A stretch of DNA of 64,000 nt from Mustelus asterias (lineage: Eukaryota): positions 3,596,001 to 3,660,000 of the forward strand of contig NC_135808.1 in the NCBI RefSeq assembly GCF_964213995.1, written 5' to 3'. How positions within the stretch are numbered: the stretch's first letter is position 1; each line of letters starts with the position of its first letter. A program made the translations under genes and the position numbers. Under the pieces are notes generated by a model. It saw only the letters and a program-made list of their open reading frames with translations. It was not told the origin of the DNA and did no database searches. Of this stretch, positions 51,246 through 63,071 are shown one piece after another.

Positions 51246-51939
51246 TAATTTGTCCTTTTTTAGGGGTCGCACTTGGCTGGCTGGACAACTGACAAGAGTC
51301 CCCTGTCATCTCTTCTTGGAGAAGCATCTTGTTCCACTCAGGCACGTCACAGACCAGCAGTCAGCCTTCCCCAGGATCAAAGACCTCGGGGGGCGGATGT
51401 CCCACCCACCAAGAGCTGCTGGCAAATCAGAGGCCGGCGGCTGCTGCTGGTAATGCATCATCCGCCTGAGTGCCAGCATCAATGAGAGACCCAGGCTGCA
51501 GGTAGGTGATGAGGAGGAGAGGGGGATCATGGGGTGGGGTAGGTAAGGGATTTCAGAGGTAAAGGCAAGATGGGTTTCTCAACAGAAGCCCCTTCCTGAT
51601 GCAGGATCCCTTTATCAGCAACTGAGTGCTTTTAAATGAGGGACTGTCTCGGGAAGCGTACACACAACATTGACAAGGTTTGCTCTTACATGACTGGTTT
51701 CCTGCTCAGCGCTGGGTGGGATGAAACCCTTAGGTGGGTATTAATTACCCACTTGATGGCCTGAACTGACGGCAGGGCACAAAGTTCCTCCATGAGCCTT
51801 CCTGCCAAGACTAATTGGGAAATGCAGGAAGATGACAAGGGCCCCAACTGGCACCTTCCCACCCAATTAAATGCCCCACCACCAAACTCACCATGGGAGG
51901 GGGCATTAAATTCAACCCTCCATGTCTACCATGTACTTC

Positions 51940-52300
51940 CCTGTTTGCTTCGTTCTTCTAAATTCCAGAGAATACAGACCCAAGTTATCCAGTATCTCAC
52001 ATCATAGGACAACCCCCTCATATCCTGCCATCAATCTAGTGAACCTTCTCTGTACCACCAAAAATGCAAGTATCTCTGTCCTTAAATATAGGTACCAAAA
52101 CTGCTCAGTAATCCAGGTGCAGTCTCAAAAGCTCTGTACAAGGGTCCCTTGTTCAAACGCCCTCAATATCTGATCATGGGACCCAACTTCTCTATCCTCC
52201 AATCTTCTTGCAAAAAAGGTCTACAAGCTGTTTGCTTTCCTAATTGCTTGCTGTACCTTCATGATAACTTTCTGTGGTTCAGGACACTGAAATCTGTCTC
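51940..52300 (-). mobile_element. Degraded CR1 fragment
   Basis: cttctaaattccagagaata and ccaaaactgc..cagta..ccaggtg similarity to other CR1 copies. Confidence 0.6.
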
Positions 52301-52926
52301 AACACCAACATCTAGAAGTTTGTTTTTTGCTGGATTTTGAATTTTTCTGGATTTATATAGGCGAAAAAAAGTATCATGTTAGAATTTTTATTTAATAAAA
52401 TAACTAAAGTGACCATCTGTTTGCATTTGTTGTTTTTGCAATACGATTTAAATTTTATAAAAAAAATAAATTTTTTTGAAACGTGCTGTATATATATGGT
52501 AACCTATGACCACGTCCTCCTTTTTCGAAATTTGGAAATGGCCACCCTACTTCACTCTAATCCCCTTCCTACACCTCTCTGCAGCCTCTCTTTGAAACAC
52601 TCCTTCAACTCAAGTGTGCATTGAGCTATGTGTGTCTCTGGCTCAATCTTTGTTTTATAAAGCTGCCCTTGGGGAGGTTTTACTTTGTGAAAGGTGCTGG
52701 ATAAAGATTAGATTTTTCAGCTTGTATCTTAACCAGTCTGAGTTTGATCTTCCTGGTAACTAGTGACAGACTGACGGTTTATCTTTTTAATTGGTTAATT
52801 TTCTGAGACTAACCAATCAGTCATCCTTTGGTTCTGCAATAAGGGAATGAGACAGGAAAATGGAGCAAAAACAGAAAATGTTGGAAAATCTCAGCAGGTC
52901 TGACAGCATCTGTGGAGAGAGAATAG

Positions 52927-53814
52927 AGTAAGAGTTTTAACAACACCAGGTTAAAGTCCAACAGGTTTATTTGGTAGCAAATGCCATTAGCTTTTGGAGC
53001 GCTGCTTCTTCATCAGATGGAGTGGAAATCTGCTCACAAACAGGGCACAGAGACACAAAATCAAGTTACAGAATACTGATTAGAATGTGAATCTCTACAG
53101 CCAATCAGGTCTTAAAGATACAGACAATGTGAGTGGAGGGAGCATTAAGCACAGGTTAAAGAGATGTGTATTGTCTCCAGACAGGACAGCCAGTGAGATT
53201 CTGCAAGTCCAGGAGGCAAGCTGTGGGGGTTACTGATAGTGTGACATAAACCCAAGATCCTGGTTTCGGCCATCCTCATGTGTGCGGAACTTGGCTATCA
53301 GTTTCTGCTCAGCGACTCTGCGCTGTTTGTCGTGAAGGCCGCCTTAAGCGTTCTCCAAGGCGGCCTTCACGACACACGACAGTGCAGAGTCGCTGAGCAG
53401 AAACTGATAGCCAAGTTCTGCACACATGAGGACGACCTAAACCAGGATCTTGGGTTTATGTCACACTATCAGTAACCCCCACAGCTTGCCTCCTGGACTT
53501 GCAGAATCTCACTGGCTGTCCTGTCTGGAGACAATACACATCTCTTTAACCTGTGCTTAATGCTCCCTCCACTCACGTTGTCTGCATCTTTAAGACCTGA
53601 TTGGCTGTAGAGATTCACATTCTAATCAGTATTCTGTAACTTGATTTTGTGTCTCTGTGCCCTGTTTGTGAGCAGATTTCCACTCCATCTGATGAAGAAG
53701 CAGCGCTCTAAAAGCTAATGGCATTTGCTACCAAATAAACCTGTTGGACTTTAACCTGGTGTTGTTAAAACTCTTACTGTGTTTACCCCAGTCCAACGCC
53801 GGCACCTCCACATC
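52927..53814. mobile_element. Fold-back Penelope-like element nested in another Penelope terminal repeat (about 52866-53865)
   Basis: Arms about 52927-53345 / 53357-53778; 15-bp duplication gagagagaatagagt at 52915 and 53815; RVAEQKLIAKF.THED.LN.DLGFMSHY GIY-YIG C-terminus. Confidence 0.9.
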
Positions 53815-53996
53815 GAGAGAGAATAGAGTCAACGTTTCGAGACTGGATGACCCTTCATCAGAGCAGCCAGTGAAATGGCGTCTGGATTAACTTGTGTTTT
53901 CTTGTTGCTTTACCCAGTTTATAAAGAATATTAATTTCCTCCTCAGAGTGTTTAATTCCCAGTCACTGATTGGAATTAGAACAGTGGATTCCCAGA

Positions 53997-54048
53997 ATGT
54001 TGCTGATCCTTTTCTCCATGTCCCTGTGTTTTTCCTGGGTCTCTCCTG
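53997..54048 (+). CDS. Candidate signal-peptide (leader) exon MLLILFSMSLCFSWVSP(G)
   Basis: ATG with a purine at -3, hydrophobic 17-mer, perfect phase-1 donor G|GTAAGT. Confidence 0.55.
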
Positions 54049-54704
54049 GTAAGTACCGAATTCACTCTTCCATTCTCACTCTCTCTCTCTGTGGTGAATC
54101 TGAATCTTTTGGTGAGAGTTTGAAATGGGTGATGTTTGCTCAGACACTGTTATGTATCGTCAGATATAACTGTTAGATAACATCATGACTGACAGGGGAG
54201 ATAGAGAGGAAAGTAGAGTTCAGATCACAGTCACATCAGCCACAGAATGGCAGAGCAGACTTGAGAGGCCAAATGGCCAATCCTGCTCCAAGTTTGTATG
54301 TTCAAAACACCCAGATCAGAGAAGCTTGGAGCAATTAAAATGGAAAGATCCAGAAACAGAGGGAACAACATAGGAACAGGAAGATTAAATTGAGGGTTGT
54401 GCTAAGGGACATGGGGGGAAAAGTTCAGGTCATATAAAGGCTAATAGTAAAAGTTTATAGAAATATATTAACAGTAAATGAGTGATTCTGGGAGATACGG
54501 AACCATTAAAGATTGACAGGCAGAGCTGTAGATAACACGGGAGATTTATTAACCAAGTACTCTGTGTTCATTATCACCGTAGAGGAAAATATAAAATATC
54601 AGCAGCAGAGAACAAATTAAAATCTGTACCTTGATTTGGGAACAGTGCTGTTAGATTCCAAAGTTACCAATGTATTTTTACAAAAGGTGTGAGAGAGAAA
54701 GCAG

Positions 54705-56200
54705 ATACAGAAAGAATTTGATCTTTCACAACCTCAGGATGCATCAAAGCTCTTCCCAGCCAATGAAATACTGGGGGCGATTCTCCCATTGCGACCCGCA
54801 ACTTTTCTGGCGGGTCGGATCGGGAGATGCGGGTCGGCCTTTCGCAGGTTCCCCACGAAATTTATGACCCGCGTGCATCTCCCAACCGGAAAAAAAAATG
54901 GCACCACCGAGACCGAGCAGAAAACCAGCGGGAACAGAAGTAAGTCATTTGAATCTGTTTTTAATGTATTTTAAATGTAGTTTACATGTGATTATCGGGT
55001 CCGGCATGGAACTTGCCGGGCCCAATAGCATCTCCCACCCCGCCAGGAGTACTCCGGTGGGGTTTAAAGTAGCTCCCCACGTTTGGGGAACTAGCGGGAG
55101 ACCCTGCCAGAATGAAGGGGGGGGGGGGCAATCGGGGCCCCCCAGGGGGTCGGGTGGCGGGGAGGGGGTGGTGCCCCCTGGGCATGAACACCCTGGCAGT
55201 GCCAGCCTGTGCCCCCTTGCACTGCCCAAGGGGCAAAGTGCCCATGCACAGGGTGCACCTTGGCACTGCCCACCAGGTATCGGGGGGCAGGGCCTATTGT
55301 GGGCGGGACCTCAGGGCGATTGGTGGGGTTGGAGGGTCCTGCTGCCACTCTGCATGGGGATCGGTCTGGGCTGAGGGAGGCCAGAAATTGGGGCAGGCTG
55401 GTTGGGGTGGCGGGGTGGGTGGGGGTCTGTCGGGGTGGTCTGCCTCCCGGGAGGAGGTCTGACCCCGGGGGGTGTCAGTGGGTGGGGGGGGGCGGTGGGG
55501 GTGGTGGAGATCGCCATTGCTGGGGGGAGTGGCTGGACATTGGGGTGCTCCGGGGCAAAGGGGTTAAGGCTGGCCCGAGAATTGTTGTGGGGGCCACGAT
55601 TGGGTCGTGGTGGGGGGGAGAGGGAGGATGGAGGGGCAGCACTGCAGGGGATCTGGGCTGGCCAGCAAATGGGGAGACAGACAGATCGGAACCACTGCGT
55701 ATGCGCAGGGTTCCGGAGCTGTCAGACTCCGGCACAAATAGGCCCTGCTCCCCAATCATGACCTCCGCAGTGCACAGAGTGAGGGGATTCAGGTCTGAAA
55801 GAACAGTCGTGATCTAGACCAGTTTTCTCACCAATTCAGCACTTTTGGGAGAATCGCCCCTACTTTTTCTAGTGTCCTCACTGTTATGGTGCAGAAAACT
55901 CGGCAGCTAATTGTGTGCACGGCAAGATCCCACAAACAGCAATGTTCCTCTGATCAGACAATCTACATGAATGATGTTGTCTCAGGGATCAGTATTGATC
56001 CAGTTTATGATCTCCCTGCTCTGTCCCGGGATATATTACATTAATCTGAGAGGAAAGTTCTCCTTCAGGACTGATCCTCTGACAGTGCAGCACTCTGTCA
56101 ATAATACACTGCGTGTGCAGCCCAGTCTCTGGAATGGGAGCTTCAATCCAGAACATTCTGAGTCAGAGGTGAGAGTGTTTCCAGGCAGCCACAGCTGGGA
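54705..56200 (-). mobile_element. Deu-domain SINE split by a MITE
   Basis: cagccaatgaaatac continues after 55860 as tactttt...gcaagatcccacaaacagcaatg. Confidence 0.65.
54774..55860. mobile_element. Non-autonomous DNA transposon (Harbinger-like MITE)
   Basis: Perfect 15-bp TIRs GGGGCGATTCTCCCA / TGGGAGAATCGCCCC; GC-rich non-coding interior; TSD unclear. Confidence 0.8.
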
Positions 56201-56342
56201 GTGGAATTTAAATTGGAATATTCCTGCCTGGTGATTCCTAGACTTTTCCAAACTGAGGATATGCTCGTGAGTATGTATAAAGGGGGATTAAAAAGCTCTA
56301 TGAAGGTCAGTGGAGATCCTGCTCTGGATTGTCCATCCCTCT

Positions 56343-57190
56343 TGTAGAATCATAGAATTTAGCCTGCAAACTTGGCTACATTCTCTGGAAGTACAATGTG
56401 AGGTAAACAGGCTTTTTCATAAGGTAAACAGCAGTGTTTCATGGCCACAGATGCCAATTGTTTATGCAGCTAGAGACTGCTTGTACCCAGCTCTTTGAAA
56501 ACACACATAACTGAAAAGCTATATTGTTAATAACAGCTATGTATTCTGTTCAGTTGCTGTCTGAATGCTATACAAACTTTTGAGGCAAAATCTCTCTCTT
56601 TCTCTCTCTCTCACCAGTAAAATTTATCTCTTTTGCTTTCTGTAAAATGCTAGTTATAAAGGACGCTTAATAAAGAAGTTTCCACTTCATCTTTAGTGGT
56701 CCCTGTTTGGGTGCCAATTGTAGGTTCCATTAATTCCTTTAGAATGATGTTGTCTCAGGGATCAGTATTGATCCAGTTTATGATCTCCCTGCTCTGTCCC
56801 GGGATATATTACATTAATCTGAGAGGAAAGTTCTCCCTCAGGACTGATCCTCTGACAGTGCAGCACTCTGTCAATAATATCTATTCTAAAGGAATTAATG
56901 GAACCTACAATTGGCACCCAAACAGGGACCACTAAAGGCCTATTGGACTGAACCCAGGACATCGAACACTGATGTCGCGACACAGAGAGAAGGACTCCTA
57001 ATCAAAAGTCCTCAGTCGATCGTCTAAGTTGTCCTCCCCTTTACGCAGTTAATGATCCAGACACTGGTACCCACGACTCGAGGCTCCTCAGTGATCCCGT
57101 TTCGATGGTTCCTGTGATAAGTGACTCCGACCCCCGGTTAGAAAGCCTACGGCTGGAGACCTGTTAACCCTTTATAACCATGACAGAAGC
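56343..57190 (+). mobile_element. ERV 5' LTR (ends 56909), tRNA-Lys3-like PBS (56912-56929) and leader fragment
   Basis: ...CCTACA-at-TGGCaCCCaAACAGGGAC (16/18 to the Lys3 PBS); AATAAA at about 56669; the LTR start is uncertain. Confidence 0.65.
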
Positions 57191-57196
57191 ATGACA

Positions 57197-57531
57197 GGGC
57201 GGCACAGTAGCACAGTGGTTAGCGCTGCTGCTCTTCAGCTCCAGGGACCTGGGTTCGATTCCCGGCTTGGGTCACTGTCTGTGTGGAGTTTGCACATTCT
57301 CCTCGTGTTTGCGTGGGTTTCCTCCGGGTGCTCCGGTTTCCTCCCACAGTTCAAAGATGTGCGGGTTCGGTTGATTGGTTAAAAATTGCCCCTTAGAGTC
57401 CTGAGATGCGTAGTTAGAGGGATTAGCGGGTAAATATGTGGGGATAGGGCCTGGGTGGGATTGTGGTCGGTGCAGACTCGATGGGCCGAATGGCCTCCTT
57501 CTGCACTGTAGGGTTTCTATGATTTCTATGA
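57197..57531 (+). mobile_element. HE1 V-SINE
   Basis: Full-length, with (tttctatga)n tail. Confidence 0.95.
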
Positions 57532-59847
57532 TAAAGTCAGACCAAAACTCCACAGAATCAGTTACTGACATGGCAGCACATCCTCCCTCAGGGGAGGGGG
57601 GCAGGGGAAGGGGAAGGAGGAGGCTCAGGGCGTACAGGACTTGCAGATCCTTTGCAGGGACGATGGAAGCCACATGTTGCTGCAGGCTCTGTCTAAGTAA
57701 GGAGACAGTGCGGCACCTGTTTCAGGTCCTCAGACCTGGCAACTCGAGGGGGAGGAAGACACCTGTTCCCGGGTGGCGGTGAAGGTCACGGTGCCCTCAA
57801 CTTCTACACCACCAGGTCCTTCCAGGCGTCCAGCCAATTACATCCACTTCCAACAGGAAGCCCCAGAATGCAGGCTTCACCACCATCACTGGACTGCCCC
57901 ATGTGCAGAGGGCTGTAGATGGCATTCACGTTGTCTAGTGGACACTGCATGATCAAGGACTGCGCTTCATCAATAGGAAGAGGTTCCACTCCCTGAATGT
58001 GCAGATTGTCTGTAACCACAGGCTGAATATCATGCACATCTGTGCACAACATCCAGGGAGTGTGCACAACAGCTACATCCTCCAGAGTTCGGACATCCCG
58101 GGCTCTTTGAGGACCAGCTCAGGCTGCCGGGGTGGCTGGTGGGGAACAAGGGTCCAAATGACATCACACCAAGGTGATGGGAGTGGGCTGGGCATGCAAG
58201 CGAGTCCTTGGTCCAGGCAGGAGGGTGATGATGACTCACTATGTGGCACACTGTGATGCTGCCCTGGTGCCACACAAGTCTGAATCCTACCTGCCCTCTC
58301 TATCCACACTGGCACCTGGGCACATGTATGAGTGTGGGTCTCGGACATAAACGTGCAGGCAATGGGCTGCGTGGGGTTAAGGGGGGAACAAAGCCCTGTG
58401 GGGGTGGGGGGAGGGGGGGGGGGTGTTACCGCAGGGTGCGGTGAGTGCTGGAGATACCAGGGCAGGCCGTCTGTGCCTACTGGCCAAAGGGCCTCTGTCA
58501 CACAGCATGACGTTCTGCACCTCTGTGTGCGGTCAGGATACGGTCATCCCTGTGGGGCAGGAATCACAGAAAGATTAGTCACAGCTGGGGTGCAATAATA
58601 TTTCTTGGTGAAACTAACAGTGCAAATAGCATGAAGGGGTGATATTTAATTGTGCAATATAGCAGGTGTATGTCATTCTAAACAGTATCTCGTGTCCTTT
58701 TTCTGACTAATGCAGACCTTAACTTCTGCCCTCCTGATGACACTAGAAATTCTGAATTTTACAAGGCCTATTACTGCACCTGGGTGACCCCTCAGGATGC
58801 ACATTGGACGGGGAGGTGCCCTACTGCATTCCACGCCCCGTGGCCTGTGATCCCCTTGGTGAGTGTCCCCTGGGGGGCTGAGACCTGGAGGTCTCTGGCT
58901 GACTTGCGGATGACACTGATGTAGCCGTGCCACTTATTTCATCCTGCATGAGATGCTCCGGAGTCAGGAAGCGGGTGGGGGGGAAATCAGAAGGTCTAGG
59001 GATGTCTGGTGTCTCCTGGCTGGAAGGCCCCAGCATGGGCTCCAAGTCTTCCTCCTCCCTCAGTGTGCCCATATGTACCGGGTACACTCCATGGGACAGT
59101 GGGCCAGCTGGAGTCATCTCCAGAAGCCTTGGCACCACCTGGCTCTGTCAGTCCTGGAATCCCAACTACGTCTGCCCCATGGTGTGCAAGCCCTCAGCGA
59201 TGCCCCCTGAGACTGGACCAAGTTTGAGGCCCGCAGCCATGGCTGTGTCTCCAGGATGACCTGCACCCTGTCAACCATGGCGACCAATCGTTCCACTGCG
59301 GACGGGACACTTGCAGTGTTAGCCTGGGTACCACACTGTGCCAGTACCACCACCTGACAGAAATCTGTTGGACTCCTCCAAAAGCCTCACAGTTGATGCA
59401 GTGTTGCTGATAGCCCCTCCACCATTGCCCAGTTCTGCTGACGCATCTCCAGCAGTTTTGAGATGACCGATCCCAGAGGCCTAGCACTTGGCTTGGGGCC
59501 AGATGCATCCTTAGCTCTGGAAGAACTCCGTGTGCCCGAGCCCTCGATATTCCCTCCTTCACCCGATGTAGATCAACGGCTGTGTCGTGCCCACCAGATA
59601 GTGACCCAGAAGCCTCACCACTAACTTGTCCCACTGAGGTGACAGATCTGTGCTGGTGGATTGTATGGTGGAAGCTGGTGTCGATTGACAAATGCTAAGC
59701 TTGGCGATTTCCTCGGGGCCTTACTCCGAGGTTTTCTTCGAGCTGCCACGTGCATCTTAGGAGGAGCGGAGTGGGGGGGGTGGTGAATCCCGAAGGGTCT
59801 GATGCATCTGGATCGTTTCCTGTAACAGATGACACAAGGTTCAGTGC

Positions 59848-62410
59848 AAGAGAACAAAGAAAATTACACACAGGAACAGGCCCTTCGGCCCTCCAAGCCT
59901 GCACCGACCATGCTGCCCGACTGAACTAAAAACCCCTACCCTTCCGGGGACCATATCCCTCTATTTCCGTCCTTTTCATGTATTTGTCAAGACGCCCCTT
60001 AAAAGTCACTACTGTATCCGCTTCTACTACCTCCCTCGGCGACGAGTTCCAGGCACCCACTACTCTCTGTGTAAAAAATCTGCCTCGTACATCTCCTTTA
60101 AACCTTGCCCCTTAAACCTGTGCCCCCTAGTAATTGACTCTTCCACCTTGGGAAAAAGCTTCTGACTATCCACTCTGTCCATGCCTCTCATAACATTGTA
60201 GACTTCTATCAGGTCTCCCCTCAATCTCCGTCGCTCCAGTGAGAACAAACCAAGTTTCTCCAACCTCTCCTCATAGCTAATGGCCTCCATACCAGGCAAC
60301 ATCCTGGTAAATCTTTTCTGCACCCTCTCCAAAGCCTCCACATCCTTCTGGTAGTGTGGCGACCAGAGTTGAACACTCTATTCCAAGTGCGGCCTAACTA
60401 AGATTCTATAAAGCTGCAACATGACTTGCCAATTTTTAAACTCAATGCCCCGGCCGATGAAGGCAAGCATGCCGTATGCCTTCTTAACTACCTTCTCCAC
60501 CTGCATTGCCACTTTCAGTGACCTGTGTACCTGTACACCCAGATCCCTTTGCCTATCAATACTCTTAAGGGTTCTTCTATTTACTGTACATTTCCTATCT
60601 CTATTCGATCTTCCAAAATGTATTATCTCACATTTGTCCGGATTAAACTCCATCTGCCTTCTCTCCGCCCAAGTCTCCAACTGAGCTATATCCTGCTGTA
60701 TCCTCTGATGGTCCTCATCGCTATCTGCAAAACCACCAACCTTTGTGTCGTCCATAAATTTACGAATCAAACCAGTTACATTTTCCTCCAAATCATTTAT
60801 ATATACTACAAACAGCAAAGGTCCCAACACTGATCCCTGAGGAATGCCACTTGTCACAGCCCTCCATTCAGAAACGCATCCTTCCATGCTACCCTCTATC
60901 TTCTTTGACCAAGCCAGTTTTGTATCCACCTTGCCAGCTCACTCTGATCCCATGCGACTTCATCTTCTGCACCAGTCTGCCATGAGGGACCTTGTCAAAG
61001 GCCTTACTGAAGTCCATGTAGACAACATCCACTGCCCTACCCTCATCAATCATCTTCGTCACTTCCTTGAAAAACTCGGTGAAGTTTGTGAGACACGACC
61101 TCCCCTTCACAAAACCATGTTGCCTCTCACTAATGCGTCCATTTATTTCCAAGTGGGAATAAATCCTGTCTCGAAGAATCCTCTCCAATAATTTCCTGAC
61201 CACTGATGTAAGGCTCACCGGCCTGTAAATACCTGGATTATTCTTGCTACCCTTCTTAAACAAAGGAACAACATTGGCTATTCTCCAATCCTTTGGGACC
61301 TCCCCTGTAGCCAGTGAGGATACAAAGATTTCTCTCAAGGCCCCAGCCATTTCCTTTCTTGCCAAACTCAGTATCCTGGGGTATATTCCATCAGGCCCTG
61401 GGGACTTGTCTACCTTAATGTTTCTCAAGAACCCCAATACCTCCTCCTTTTTGATCTCAGCATGACTCAAACTATCGACACATCTTTTCCCAGACTCATC
61501 ATCCACCAAGTCCTTCTCTTTGGTGAATACTGATGCAAAGTACTCATTTAATATCTCGCCCATTTCCTCTGGCTCCACGCATAGATTCCCTCCCTTGTCC
61601 TTGAGTGGGCCAACCCTTTTACCTGGTGTTGTGGGAAAACCACCGGAGTCAGACTGGAGGTTCAACAATACAGTTTTATTTAATTAAGCTTCGTGGAGAA
61701 AAGGCACTGGCACTCCGCAGTACTTTAGGCAGCTACCTTCTCTTAATGATACAATAGGAGTGGTTCATTTTTATACTTTTCAGACAATGGATAGTCCGGA
61801 CATTAGCCATTTAACACATCGTTATAGCTGAGTAGGATCGATAGTTTAACACATTGTTACAGCCAGACATATACAGACATTGGCTTTTAACATCGCATTG
61901 TTTCATAGAATGGATACATTTCCTCTTTCAGTGACTATCAATGACTTAGTTTCGGTCTATACATACAGAAATTGGTTTTCCTGCATTTATGTATTCCCGT
62001 TCCCATTTATGGCTAATCTCTTTATCAGTCCTTATTGCCCTAGGTCTGTCCTTATCTCAAAAGTGCCTCAAGCCCTGACTGGTTTCCTGTAGTATCTGAT
62101 TCCTGCATGTTTAACTTTAAATAACTGTCTGTCCTGCATGTTTTAATTTCAAGTAGCTGTCTGCGCTAAAAGTCAGTGCCTGCTTAATGTCTCTTTCCCA
62201 GGTAACTTTTTATGTGCCAGGCAGCCATTTTATGTGTTAGGTATCCATCTTTATGTTTTTCCCCACTTTACTGGCTACCTTCTTGCTCTTTACATATGTA
62301 CAAAAAGCCTTGGGATTTTCCTTAATCCTGCTGGCCAACACTTTTTCATGACCCCTTTTAGCCCTCCTTACTTCTTGCTTAGGTTTCTTTCTACTTTCCT
62401 TGTATTCCAC
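59848..62410 (-). mobile_element. CR1 LINE, 5'-truncated, inside the Harbinger relic
   Basis: ORFs 60889-61668, 60378-60929 and 60060-60341 with CR1 RT motifs; agaacaaag tail. Confidence 0.95.
61627..62270 (-). mobile_element. Solo LTR (ERV-like) inside the CR1
   Basis: 4-bp TSD ctgg (61623-61626, 62271-62274); imperfect inverted ends gtgggaaaac/gtttttccccac; - strand TATAAAA (about 61770) upstream of AATAAA (about 61678); CR1 rejoins seamlessly. Confidence 0.85.
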
Positions 62411-63071
62411 TAGAATAAAAGGAAAGTAGAAAGGGACAAGTTTCTGGGCAGCATGCCACTTACCTGGAATGAGTCATTTGAACTAGGATTTTGGAAATGC
62501 TCACTTCCATGGTGAACACCGACCTGGCTGTCAGTGACCATTCTCTCCTCGCCCTCCCCTGCTAGCTCCATAGCGCTCCTCAAAGGTAGTGAGCAGATGC
62601 AGCTCGGGGACCCCACCTCCAGTCTTGGCATGCTCCCGGTGGTTATGGACCACTTTATCCTATGGGGATAAAGGAGGAATTGAAAACCTGATGGTTGTAA
62701 GGACACAGGGTGTAGGGGGTGGGGCCGATTGGGTGGGGTTTATCAGGGCTATGACTTGGCAGTCTGTGGTTGTGACTGGGGGTGCCAGAGGGGTTGGAGG
62801 AATGTCCTTGGAGGCTGGGTGCTGGGCGGCCGCAGAGTGTCAGGCGGGTGGCTCGGCATTGCAGGTGCGACAGACGGGACTGATGTCAGGATGGGATGGA
62901 CACTTGCCCTTCCTGCCTGAAGAAGATCATTTATCTTCCGGCACTTGTCACCGGTCCTCTGTGCCAGTACGCGGACACTGACGACTGCTTACACAGCCTC
63001 CCAGACCATATTACTGGCCCAAGCCCTCGACCATTCCCCATTCGGGGTGAATTCGGGGGTGGCTCAGTAGG

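Larger units (their letters stand above)
57560..63060. mobile_element. Decayed autonomous PIF/Harbinger transposon: transposase (+) and spliced Myb/SANT-like gene (-)
   Basis: + FINRKRFHSLNVQIVC..HPGSVHNSYIL (about 57965-58090); - WEAV*AVVSV..RTGDKCRKINDLL (about 62910-63005) and HNHREHAKTGGG (about 62610-62660). Confidence 0.8.

Noticed and set aside
54898-55817. Overlapping Gly/Pro-rich ORFs
   Set aside because: A GC-rich MITE interior depleted of stops in all frames; no domain signal.
56691-56937. A TIR transposon carrying captured DNA
   Set aside because: No TSD, and one arm is the native LTR/PBS junction; template switching explains it better.
57965-58100. Host HARBI1 gene
   Set aside because: Fragmented, catalytic-region Asp replaced (HNS for HDS), frameshifted and embedded in a transposon layout.
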